DNA of 33,988 bases. Source: Octopus bimaculoides. Taxonomy: Eukaryota. Positions 1-10,170 of this stretch are shown in pieces; positions within the stretch are counted from its first letter, which is position 1, and every line of letters begins with the position of its first letter. A program made the position numbers and the translations under genes. The notes beneath the pieces are model-generated. The model saw only the letters and a list, made by a program, of their open reading frames with translations. It was not told the DNA's origin and made no database searches. Where the stretch lies: NCBI RefSeq assembly GCF_001194135.2, contig NC_068984.1, positions 92,218,883 to 92,252,870 on the forward strand, given 5' to 3'.

Positions 1-393
1 AATTGATGTATCAATACCAGCAGTTAACAACGTTTCCCTAAAAGAAATGGAGAAACTTTCAAAATACAAAGACCTTGAAATAGAGGTAACTCGAATGTGG
101 AATCTAAAAACAGAAAAATTCCTATCATAGTAGGTACCTTAGGTTTAATTAAAAAAATATTCAGACAAATACATAACAAAAACACCAGGACTTACAAATA
201 TATATAACATACAGAAAATTGCACTACTGGGCACTACACACATCCTACGCATAACACTTTCAATACAGTAACCATAAGAGCATCACAGCAAACCACAGCA
301 CATACCCAAGGCACACAGAGCTGCGCTTGGTAGTGAAGTGAAAGCACGTTATAAAAATAAAACTACTGAACAATAATAATAATAATAATGATG
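1..393 (+). mobile_element. 3' end of an R4/Dong-type non-LTR retrotransposon (REL endonuclease remnant, 3' UTR, (AAT)n tail)
   Basis: Frame from nt 2 reads IDVSIPAVNNVSLKEMEKLSKYKDLEIEVTRMWNLKTEK. After frameshifts it continues IPIIVGTLG...IQKIALLGTTHILRITLSIQ* (TAA 269-271). These are the PD-(D/E)xK REL C-terminal motifs typical of R4/Dong elements. An (AAT)n tail follows at about 370-390. Confidence 0.85.
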
Positions 394-645
394 TCAAGAT
401 TCCCTGATGCAGTACTAGATTGCTTTGATCCAGTACCAGAATGTCCTGATGCAATACCAGGCAGTGGCTCTCATAGGCTTCTGATTTTAACTGATTTGAA
501 GTGTTATGATGTACATTGTTTTGTCTTGGTATGGTTGTAATGTATGTGCCTGGTATATCCTTATCAGACTGGTAGTCATGATGGGTATATTGCATTTCGT
601 ATATTTGTACCCCAACGTCATTTTCATGGTGTGTGCTACTCTCTC

Positions 646-650
<5 letters not shown>

Positions 651-715
<65 letters not shown>

Positions 716-727
716 TTCATTATTATT
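651..727. repeat. (TAT)n microsatellite
   Basis: Directly visible trinucleotide run. Confidence 0.98.
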
Positions 728-934
728 AAGGCGGTGAACTGGCAGAATCGTTGGTACGACGGGAAAAATGATTAACAGTATTTCTCCTGTCGCTACATTC
801 TGAGTACAAATTACGCCGAGGTCGACTTTACCTTTCATCCTTTCGTGTTCGATGAAATAAGTACCGGTTACGCCCTGAGGTCGATATAATTGACTTGCCC
901 CATCTCCCAAAATTCAGGCCTTGTGCCTATAGTA
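728..934 (+). mobile_element. tRNA-derived SINE, family A (3' type ...caggccttgtgcctatagta)
   Basis: A-box-like TGGCAGAATCG, B-box-like GAGTACAAATTAC and core GAGGTCGACTTTACCTTTCATCCTTTCG shared with several other copies in the window. A simple-repeat tail follows. Confidence 0.85.
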
Positions 935-952
935 TTTATTATTATTATTATT

Positions 953-983
<31 letters not shown>

Positions 984-984
984 C

Positions 985-1040
<56 letters not shown>
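935..1040. repeat. Compound (TAT)n(TGT)n(TAT)n microsatellite (SINE tail)
   Basis: Directly visible. Confidence 0.97.
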
Positions 1041-1042
<2 letters not shown>

Positions 1043-1250
1043 GTGGCGATCTGGCAGAATGGTTAGCACGCTGGGTAAAATGCTTAACGGTATTTCGTTG
1101 GTCACTGCGTTCTGAGTTTAGATTCCTCGGAGATCGACTTTGCCTTTCATCCTTTCGGGGTCGTTGAAATAAGTACCAGTTACGCACTGGTTCGATGTAA
1201 TCGACTTAATCACCTTTCTCAAGCTGCTCTTGTGAAAAAAATTTGAAATC
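1041..1250 (+). mobile_element. tRNA-derived SINE, family A (3' type ...ttgtgccaaaatttgaaatc)
   Basis: TGGCAGAATGGTTAGCACG head, GAGTTTAGATTCC B-box-like motif and GATCGACTTTGCCTTTCATCCTTTCGGGGTCG core. An (ATT)n tail runs 1251-1343. Confidence 0.85.
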
Positions 1251-1251
1251 A

Positions 1252-1282
<31 letters not shown>

Positions 1283-1343
1283 TGTTATTATTATTATTAT
1301 CATCATTGTTGTTGTTGTTATATTATTATTATTATTATTATTA
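1251..1343. repeat. (TAT)n/(TGT)n microsatellite just upstream of the VWA exon acceptor
   Basis: Directly visible. Confidence 0.97.
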
Positions 1344-1361
1344 ATTTTTTTGTTTATCCAG

Positions 1362-1797
1362 ACAAGACTAGGAGTTTTATCATTCAGTGATAAGGTAGAA
1401 ATAAATTTTAACCTGAACGAATCTACTGACAAATCTACTACTCTACAGAAAGTCAGTCGAATTCAACAGCTCTCAGGAAGCACTTATACATGGCTGGCAT
1501 TAAGAAAATTAGTTAATATGTTTAAACCTGGAAATGGTGCTCGATCTTCTGTTACACAAGTCGCCATTATTCTGACTGATGGAAATTCTCAGAAACCACA
1601 TGAAACTTTGAAAGCAGCAAACATGATTCATCGTCAAACTCGTATTAAAGTCTTTGCGTTGGCCATTGGGGAGAACATAGCAGCATATGAGATTCGTGGC
1701 ATCGCCAGTTCTCCAAAGGATACATATTTCAAACAAACTGCGTCTTACGCTGCTTTGGAGAGTATTATAGAAAGATTCTTTAACACAACATGCGAAG
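1362..1797 (+). CDS. Internal exon of multi-VWA protein gene: C-terminal part of a VWA domain (phase 0 to 1)
   Basis: Acceptor tttttttgtttatccAG (1360-61) and donor G|GTATGG (1798). Reads TRLGVLSFSDK...GSTYTWLAL...VAIILTDGNS...IKVFALAIG...IASSP...TCE, which are canonical VWA strands including the MIDAS T and D. Confidence 0.93.
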
Positions 1798-2269
1798 GTA
1801 TGGCTTTATTTCTTTTTTCGATTTCATATTGAATGTACTAAATGCATTAAATGTATGCAATCCTATTAAATGTATATTAATCCTCATTTTCAGATCCTTA
1901 TTGTTTTGCAATGGGGATCTCTCCATATAAATTTTTAATGTAAGCAAATTTCTCAGTGAATATATATGATAAATTCTCTAATAATCTCAGCAACATTTCA
2001 TGAATATCCTCGTACTTTCTTTTTTCTTCAACCAAAAATGTTTTAAAAAATGATGATTCGTAACTAAGTAAATATACTAATTAAACACTTAAGTAAGAAA
2101 GAGTAATATGTTGAATTTCTTCTCACACATTATCATATATTTGCCCGAAATATTTCGGGCATTTTTTACAAACACTTTTTTTAACCTGAGTACTAAGATA
2201 AATTGTTTGATTTTAATCTATTAAATCTTTTCGTACAGCAACCGCCGCGAATTTTCTTTACTACTCTCT

Positions 2270-2484
2270 AAGGCGACAAGCTGGCAGAAGCGTTACCACG
2301 CCGGGCTAAGTACTTAGCAGCATTTCGTCTGTCTTTACGTTCTCAGTTCGAATTTTACCGAGTTCGATTTTTGCCTTTTATCCTTTTTGGGTCGGTAAAA
2401 GAAGTACCAGTTGAAAACCAGGGTCGATGTAATCGACTCGCCCCTCCTCTGAAATTGTTGGTCTTGTGCCAAAATTTGAAATCA
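2270..2484 (+). mobile_element. tRNA-derived SINE, family A (diverged)
   Basis: AGGCGACAAGCTGGCAGAAGCG head, CAGTTCGAATT B-box-like motif, GCCTTTTATCCTTTTTGGGTCGG core and the same 3' end as 1041-1250. Confidence 0.82.
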
Positions 2485-3039
2485 GTTAATATCACTTTCT
2501 GAATGAAACAAATATAAAGAGAGCAAAATACTATTCTCGCAAAAAAATTATTAATGTGGTTGTGTTAACAATTGAACGTACAATTATCAAGCAAAACGAT
2601 AAATACTTTTTGAGTAACCAAAAAGAAATTTAATTATTAATAAAAGAATAGGTCTCCCATATTTTTCTAAGACCTAGAGTTTTATTAAAAGAAGTTGTCC
2701 ACATTGCATCTTTAATACACCTGCTGCATCAGTGACACTCGTGGAGATCATTGCTAGAAATAATCTCTTATCTATAACGATATTATACTGATAAAGGTAA
2801 CTGGATATGGAAGATGTATGCTGCTTAATGCTACTCTTACGTGGAGAGAGCGTGTGTTTGAGAGAAGAAATGTATGAAAGGGAAAAAAAAAAGGCAACTA
2901 AAATATATATGTAAATATATGCGAAATGTCTGGTCTACCTATATAATGCATTATGTGTCTGATGAGGGGTAATTGATGTAAAATAACTAACTCGTTATTA
3001 AGGAGGGTGTATTACCAGTGAACTACAACAGTTATAACT

Positions 3040-4820
3040 AAAAAAAAATAGTCAGTCAGTGTCATGGTCGCGGCGGACAAAACTGAAAAGGTGTTGCCCC
3101 GGATAATGGCGAGGAAGACGCACTAGAAGAGCCATTCCGACTTATGGGGCTCGCACTTGCTGATAGTCATCTTCTCCTCGATAGCGGTGAGCAGGGATGT
3201 AGTCCGGGGACTAAAAACGCCGGAGGCTCGACCACAAATCTGTCAGAGAGCGGCCGATGCTTTGACAGTTTGTCCTTCTCGGCCCGACGAACAACGAAGC
3301 CTGGGCTCTCAGCCGTACACACCAGATTGCCGCTGGAGGTGTCGCAGCATGTAGCATTCCAGATAGGAGGTCTACCACTGTGGAACGGGAAAACTTCGAT
3401 GAAACACCGATGTGCAAACACTCGCTATCCAGGTGAATGTCATTCGAGAGTGATGGCACTGCTGTTGGGCTAGGAGATCGATCAAAAACATGTCAGACGG
3501 TGCTGATCAATTCAGCGTACCAGCTCGTCGAAGATAATGTTGTACTGGATGGCATCCTACTTGCTTTGTGGAGGCCGGACGTCAACAAAGGAGAGAGGGG
3601 AATGAGCGTCCGGAAGGCGAAGGCTTATCTGGCTCCATGTTGCGTAGGACACCTCACGTTACCTGATCACAGTAGGTACAGTTGTGTTGTGGAAAACCCT
3701 TTTGATGGGAACATGGCAAGAGGTCACCAACGAAAGAAATGCCGGTAAAGCCTGTGACATCGGAAGTCGAGGCCATCATAGACGAGTAAGGCGGTATGTT
3801 GCCATTCAGTGTCGTCAAACCGGACGCTGCATATCTTCTTAGCGTTCTGTACAAAACAGGCCTCAAGATCTGTGAGAAGAAATGTATGGCTGTAGCAAGG
3901 GGCACTGCTGAAAGTATATAGAAGCTTTGGCATGGTGAAACAGTTCTTTCATAGAAAGAATGCCGGACGGACGGCTATCAGGTTCAGTTTACTTGTCATA
4001 GTTTTGAGCTTCAAAGACTGGACCTGATGGTGGGGCGAATGGCAGACTGGAGGATAGGTGAGCCAAGGATAAGAACGTCCTCTTTCGATGTCACCTCCAA
4101 CTCGTGGAGTAATGAACTTGGACGAGTTAATCAAGAAGCTAGTCCTCGCCAGCGCGAGAACCACTGATCGGAGATCTTGGCAGACACTTTCTTCGGGTTC
4201 ACCCATTGTTGCATTGTCCAGGTACCAGACATTAAAAGAAGGAGTAATGCTTCGAGCAATGCCGTCCAACCCGAGAGCGCAGAGAAGGGAGCTACTGGAT
4301 CACCCTGCTGAATGCCGGTCTAAGATGGTATGACCTTATATGCAATGAGAAGCATGTTCGGAGACCCGTGCAAGTAAGCTAGCGGGTAGGCAGACGGGGC
4401 ACGACTAAGACAGGTTTCGATCAAGTGGTCGCGACGCAGAGAGTTGAAGGTATTTTTCATGTCAATCTTAACAATGAGGAGTCTAAAATCATTGTATCAA
4501 TGTCAGGGAGACTGAGGACGAGCAAACCGAAATAGAACAGCCATTTCCATTGAATGGGTCGACTGGGGTACAGAGCGTTTCCATTTGAGGATGCGAGGAC
4601 ATTGGCCACAAACACTCAAGCCGCTTTCGGGGTGATCTTAAGAGGGATCTTCCGAAGCACTCTAAAATGCGCCGAGCAGGTAAATTGTCTCGTCTGAGCG
4701 TGTGGTGGATGGGCACAGCCGCATAGTCGAAGAGAAGAGGTAGCTGCTGTATCTCCATGTTGAGAGAAAATTCGAGGCCCGTCGTGTCAAGCCGACGCAA
4801 AAGAGATGATGCGCTTTATT
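3040..4820 (-). mobile_element. Decayed CRE-clade non-LTR retrotransposon (RT plus REL remnants)
   Basis: Minus-strand motifs in order: LIVKIDMKNTFNSLRRD, GIQQGDP, NVWYLDNATMG (YLDD motif), AVPSLSNDIHLDSECLHIG, PFHSGRPPIWNATCCDT...AEKDKLSK, EWLF*CVFLAIIRGN. There are many stops and frameshifts. The region is GC-rich relative to its flanks. Ends are approximate. Confidence 0.8.
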
Positions 4821-5536
4821 GTAAATAATGTTGTCTAAAACCGAATCTTTCATATTAATTTATCTAATTTTTTTCTCCACGGTCAACGTATGTAACGTTT
4901 CACTATGGAATGAAATCGAAGACATAATCTAATTTTACATACAAAATCTATATTATTTCTAAGACAATCGACTGAAAAACTATGGAATAAAATTGAAGAT
5001 ATAATCTATTATTGACAAAACATTATATCATTCATAAGACAGTTGATAAATAGAGAAATATTGAAATTAAATAACGATGTGTATATAATTCATAATGTAT
5101 TTACGAATATACAATAGTACTAGCTGTAAGATTTCATCTTAGAGACAAAATTCGTTCTCCTTAATGAATTCGTATGTCAAAAACTCAGCCTGTGCTAAAT
5201 GACATCACCGAACCGCCAGACACTGATGTTTCAGAATAATCTTCCTCCTCAGAGACGGACACTCCAGGTCATTCTTAGATAGGTAGGAACTTTCGTTGTA
5301 ATATAAGCAAACAAAACATTTGCTGATTTTTGCAGAAACTAGCCAAGCAACATGCATATGAAAATTCAATGAATGGTTTTATCAATGTACAATGACTGCC
5401 ATCAAGAGTTATTTCAACTACTAGAATTGAAGAATTTGACAGAAACCATGAAAAACTTCTAGGAGTGTTGATGAGGACCAAGTAGCTCTTTACCCACTAC
5501 AGTTTTCGAAATCTCTTAAAATCTTGACTACTGAAA

Positions 5537-5565
5537 CATACATACATACATACACTCACAAACGT

Positions 5566-5605
<40 letters not shown>

Positions 5606-5606
5606 A
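5537..5606. repeat. (CATA)n/(CA)n microsatellite
   Basis: Directly visible. Confidence 0.95.
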
Positions 5607-5743
5607 CATTACAGAGCACTCTCTGCAATTGACACAGAAAAGTGTTAGTAAAATTGCTGGTGTTGACGCCGTACGCATTTTGCTAATTCTCCGTATCAAC
5701 ATGCAAACATCCGATATATACCCTTTTATTATAAGAAGACGTA

Positions 5744-5859
5744 GATTCCGCCGAGGTCGACTTTACCTTTCATCCTTTCGGAGTCGATAAGTACCAGTTG
5801 AATACTGGGGACGAAGTAATCAAAATTGCTGGCTTTGTGCCAAAATGTGACACCATTAT
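5744..5859 (+). mobile_element. 5'-truncated family A SINE with probable TSD AAGACGTA
   Basis: Starts at ATTCCGCCGAGGTCGACTTTACCTTTCATCC. AAGACGTA occurs at 5736-5743 and 5860-5867. Confidence 0.8.
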
Positions 5860-6504
5860 AAGACGTAATTTTTATATCAAATCTGTGTTTGTCATCTCCA
5901 TAGACAAAAATTAAGTGAACAGTTATATGATGATATCAGTCGAGTTGAGGATCTTCTTAACCTATAGATATCTGCTAATCAGTCGCCTTAACATATTTAG
6001 AGGATGTAGATAATCCAAGCGTTAAAACAGCAAAATTAACAAAAAAAGAGAGAGATAAATTGTTGGCAATACAAGGATTGTTTCAATTAAAAATTATTGA
6101 TTTAAGTGTTTTTAGGAAAGTATGTATTTAATACAACTATATAAAAATTTAAAAAATAGGGGTTCTTTTTTGTTTCATTAAACGGTTAAGTTTTTCTTAG
6201 TAATGTTACTTTTATCTTTTTCGTGATTACATAGCAGTAAAATAGAATATTATGTATTCCGTTCGTAAAACAACAGGCTGTTACTAGATAAAAAATGAGG
6301 ATATGATGTTCGTATCGAGTTAGCTAGCATGTACATAGCCCGGAATAAAACAATGGATAATGAGTGAAGTTTGAAGTCATCGAAACATAGCGTAGATATA
6401 AAGAACTTTTTGAATATTTAATTTTTTAAGAAGCGGTTAACAGTTTTGAAACTTTAAAATTAGTCATTTTGTAGTTTAAAAAATTGTTTCTATTTCTTTT
6501 CTAG

Positions 6505-6528
6505 AGATTTATCGAACAACTACGACTG
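6505..6528 (+). CDS. 24-nt symmetric micro-exon (phase 1-1), Thr-rich linker (E)IYRTTTT, copy 1
   Basis: Strong acceptor tttctatttcttttctAG and donor CTG|GTAAGA. It joins exon 1362-1797 to exon 8531-8679 in frame. Confidence 0.7.
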
Positions 6529-6723
6529 GTAAGAACTAAATTTCGTTTCTATATGTATTTCTCAAATCGACTAATTATTCTTTTTTCAGGCTTAATTTTC
6601 ACGGCACATTTAAGTGAAACGAGTTCCTCTGTGTTCAATATTCTCAGACATTCAGGCTTGCTAAAGTTTCTAAAACCCATATGATCATAGATTACACTGC
6701 ATACTTGCTAAAATATTTACTTA

Positions 6724-7372
6724 GGATCCCGTTCAAAACGGGGGCACCAGTTTTCATTTATGTTTTATGTAGTGTTTTTTGGTACCGAAAGACTTTCAAA
6801 CTTCGTATACTTATTTATTTTGTGTTATAGAACAGAAAAAATTTTTGTATTCGAATTTATTTCATGTAAAAAATTGTCTTATTTCGATAATTTCAACCAA
6901 TCACTGACAAGTATTCAGCTGTTTACACTTACTCCTTTGGCAATTTAAGCGGTGTAAAGCGTATTTAATCTCCATTACTTCTGACATTTTGCAGAGAGGC
7001 AACACACGTGTGTTCGTTTTCCCTAACCCTAACCCTAATTGACTTGCTCCTTCCCTCAAAAACCAGGCCTTGTGCCTATAATAGAAAGGTTTATTAGCTA
7101 CTGCCAATANNNNNNNNNNNNNNNNNNNNNNNNNNNNNNNNNNNNNNNNNNNNNNNNNNNNNNNNNNNNNNNNNNNNNNNNNNNNNNNNNNNNNNNNNNN
7201 NNNNNNNNNNNNNNNNNNNNNNNNNNNNNNNNNNNNNNNNNNNNNNNNNNNNNNNNNNNNNNNNNNNNNNNNNAAGAGAAAAAGATATTTTATATGACAC
7301 ATTCTACCAGTGTCCCAAGTTTCAAAGTGTTTCGTTAAGAAAATACTGGTGTCCCCGTTTTGAACAAGATCC
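6724..7372. mobile_element. Non-autonomous TIR DNA transposon (MITE) with ~28-bp TIRs and 8-bp TSD TTTACTTA
   Basis: Left end GGATCCCGTTCAAAACGGGGGCACCAGT; right end ACTGGTGTCCCCGTTTTGAACAAGATCC. The TSD lies at 6716-6723 and 7373-7380, and a single copy of it marks the empty paralogous site at 7896-7903. Contains an N-gap (7110-7273). Confidence 0.92.
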
Positions 7373-7684
7373 TTTACTTACTACAACAACTTCAGCTGAA
7401 CTACTTAATAAATATATGCAAAATTAAATTTCTTTCATAAAATATTAGAATATATATTTTTTCGCTTTCATTATTAAAATATAAGTATTTTATGAGGGAG
7501 AAATTTACATTAGTGAAGGAGAGAGAAGGGGTATCGTATCGGACATACGAGCAGATTTCATGGGAGTATTTGAAATGTGAGTGAAGTTAAATACTTTTTA
7601 CTGAGGACAGAAATGCATCACAGTTTTAAAACTTTAAAATTAGTCATTTTGTAGTTTAAAAAAGTGTTTCTATTTCTTTTCTAG

Positions 7685-7708
7685 AGATTTATCGAACAAC
7701 TACGACTG
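7685..7708 (+). CDS. 24-nt symmetric micro-exon, copy 2 (identical to 6505-6528)
   Basis: Same exon sequence and same splice signals, inside the duplicated unit. Confidence 0.65.
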
Positions 7709-8308
7709 GTAAGAACTAAATTTCGTTTCTATATGTATTTCTCAAATCGACTAATTATTCTTTTTTCAGGCTTAATTTTCACGGCACAATTAAGTGAAAC
7801 GAGTTCCTCTGTGTTCAATATTCTCAGACATTCAGGCTTGCTAGAGTTTCTAAAACCCATATGATCATAGATTACACTTCATACTTGCTAAAATATTTAC
7901 TTACTACAACAACTTCAGCTGAACTACTTAATAAATATATGCAAAATTAAATTTCTTTCATAAAATATTAGAATATATATTTTTTCGCTTTCATTATTAA
8001 AATATAAGTATTTTATGAGGGAGAAATTTACATTAGTGAAGGAGAGAGAAGGGGTATCGTATCGGACATACGAGCAGATTTCATGGGAGTATTTGAAATG
8101 TGAGTGAAGTTAAATACTTTTTACTGAGGACAGAAATTCATCACAGCTTTTCTTTACTTTGAGCTTACACGTTGCTTGCTCTACAGCAAAACCAATGTTC
8201 AAACTATATTGAATGCAAAAATTGGATGCATAGCTTGAGTTCTTTATAGATCGCACACAAAGAAGCCAGTCGGTGCCAACGGTTAACCTTCATATGAATA
8301 ATTGACAA

Positions 8309-8428
8309 AAGGTAGTGGATTTCGGAATCGAAAGAATACTGGGCAATATGCTTTGCAGTTATTAGTTACATTTGTTATGTTTTGAGTTCCAATCCTACTT
8401 GGCTCTTCATTTCCTTTTATCCCTTCTG
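8309..8428 (+). mobile_element. Highly degenerate family A SINE 5' part
   Basis: Residual GGAATCG...GGGCAATATGCTT...TTTTGAGTTCCAATCC...TTTCCTTTTATCCCTT is colinear with the other copies. Confidence 0.45.
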
Positions 8429-8530
8429 CAATACACTGAATTTTGCTTCAAGTGACTATACATATCCTCAATATTAATAATTTACTTAAGGATTATTCAA
8501 CAAATGATACACATATATGTATGATTTCAG

Positions 8531-8679
8531 CAATCACACCTGTAATATGTACCGAGCCAGCTGACATCGTATTTGTTCTTGATTCTTCAACCAGTATCCG
8601 TAAAACAGATTTCGAAAAACAGCTTGAATTTGTTAAATATTTTGTACGGACTCTAAGTGTTGGTCAAAATGGAAACCAG
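8531..8679 (+). CDS. Internal exon: N-terminal part of the next VWA domain with MIDAS DxSxS (phase 1 to 0)
   Basis: Acceptor atttcAG (8529-30) and donor CAG|GTATGT (8680). Reads ITPVICTEPADIVFVLDSSTSIRKTDFEKQLEFVKYFVRTLSVGQNGNQ. Confidence 0.93.
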
Positions 8680-8870
8680 GTATGTAAAAATTTACACTTA
8701 ATATATTTGATTACAAACCAAACTTTGCTGCCAAATATTCACGCGATGCTTACTTTCTAAGTACACTATAAAGATTGTTCCCAAATTTCTGCAATTTACA
8801 TTAGTGGTAACCATTTACTATAGTTTAAATGAATATTATGTTTATTTACTTATTACTCTTTAATATTTGA

Positions 8871-9074
8871 AAGGACTAAGGAGGTGATCTGGCAGAATCG
8901 ATAGCACGCCAAGCAAAATGCTTAGCAACATTTCGTTTGTTTTTACATTCTGACTTCAAATTCCACCAAGGTCGGCTTTGCCTTTCATCCTTTCGATAAT
9001 ATAATCACAGGAGTCGATGTAATCGACTTACCCGCTACCCTGAAATTGCTGGCCTTGTGTCAAAACTTGAAACC
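8871..9074 (+). mobile_element. Family A SINE with probable 9-bp TSD AATATTTGA
   Basis: TGGCAGAATCGATAGCACG head, GACTTCAAATTCC and GCCTTTCATCCTTTCG core. AATATTTGA occurs at 8862-8870 and 9075-9083. Confidence 0.83.
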
Positions 9075-9889
9075 AATATTTGATGTAAGTTGAGTATAAT
9101 TTACTTCAATCTGATTTATATTTTCAGCACTAAATTACTATGTATACAGTAATTCATTCTCCTGCAGTATGCCGTAGCTATCAAAGGTCGTTAACATCTT
9201 GAATATGCAAGATTTTGGTCTAATAGTGTGCAAGGCGTTAATCTGCAGTACATGTAACTCATTTTCAGTTGAGTAGAGTGAAGCAACATGTAATAAAATG
9301 CCTTATACAAGAATATAAATGAACCACCAAGTCCCACGACCTGACAATTCTAAGTCCAGTAACCTAATTACTAGGTCGCGCACATTCAAATATGCAGTAA
9401 TTTGGATGGAACTTTGATTTCATTGATATTGTTCCATCGCTGATTACATATTTTCCAGGAGGCTAAACATTGAGAAGAATGGAGGACATTTCTAGTAGAG
9501 TAATAATTAAACCCATACTAATAATTAATTAATAATAATTAATCAGATAACAAGCAATTCAGTATTTAAAATTCAATGTCTCTATTTACTTTCTATTTTT
9601 AATTAATTTGATAACTTGATTTGCTACATCCATGGTAATCTAAAGAATTCACTAAATGATTTTACCTAGTTTCATCTCTATATATCACGATATCTTTATT
9701 GAAGAAAGGCAAGGAAAAAGAGCATATAATTTTGCCTTTAGAAAAAGTTTTTTTAGTATAAGGGCACAGATGAAGAAATCTCCCTCCAATACATAGAATA
9801 TTGTGGTTTCCATATATCAAGTATTATCATCTGAGATTACATGCCTAGTCTTCAAGACGTGGAGCTGGCGTGACAACAGTTTTCTCAAA

Positions 9890-10170
9890 CCTGCTCACAG
9901 TCGTCCCACAATATCTGGGACAGTGGAACGCAAATCACAGGCACAGATATATTTGGTCATGTCGTTCACTATCACGTTTGCAATACAGATAGTGATTGCC
10001 GAGATGGCCAAAAACCTGTAATCGAGTGGGGACTGCATGAAGACGTCAGAGCCATCCTGGAATTGCACTCTGTCTTCGATGTAGATGAAGAAAGAAAGCG
10101 CTGCAACTGGTAGTCCGGACAAAAATGCCCAAGTGTTACACAAGATGTAGCTGTAAGAGCGCTTCCTTTT
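9890..10170 (+). mobile_element. Possible DNA-transposase C-terminal remnant (EWG plus Cys-rich CXC-like motif)
   Basis: The + frame reads ...GHVVHYHVCN...PVIEWGLHED...RCNW*SGQKCPS and then, after a frameshift, TRCSCKS. This resembles the tesmin/CXC-like tails found on some animal DNA transposases. The match is weak and by eye. Confidence 0.3.

Larger units (their letters stand above)
6441..8146. repeat. Tandem duplication of a 523-bp intronic unit (A-B-A'-B'), first copy split by a MITE
   Basis: 6441-6723 matches 7621-7903, and 7373-7620 matches 7896-8143, with only a handful of substitutions. The offset of 1180 equals 523 + 649 (MITE) + 8 (TSD). Confidence 0.95.

Noticed and set aside
728-820. 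tRNA-like heads of the SINEs
   Set aside because: They have A/B boxes but no complete cloverleaf, and they continue into the SINE core and tail. They are not tRNA genes.
487-1432. ORFs rich in poly-I/Y/N/C (e.g. 487-720, 544-729, 895-1167, 1118-1432)
   Set aside because: These are translations of TAT/TGT microsatellites and SINEs, not genes.
1894-1939. AG...GTAAG-bounded 46-nt candidate exon after the first VWA exon
   Set aside because: It would go from phase 1 to phase 2, which is incompatible with the downstream phase-1 exons.
2950-3040. Possible hammerhead: CTGATGA (2959-65), GGTAAT/ATTACC stem, then GTGAAC-tacaaca-GTT
   Set aside because: The GAAA core is broken (GTGAAC) and stem I pairing is poor. 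At best this is a dead relic.
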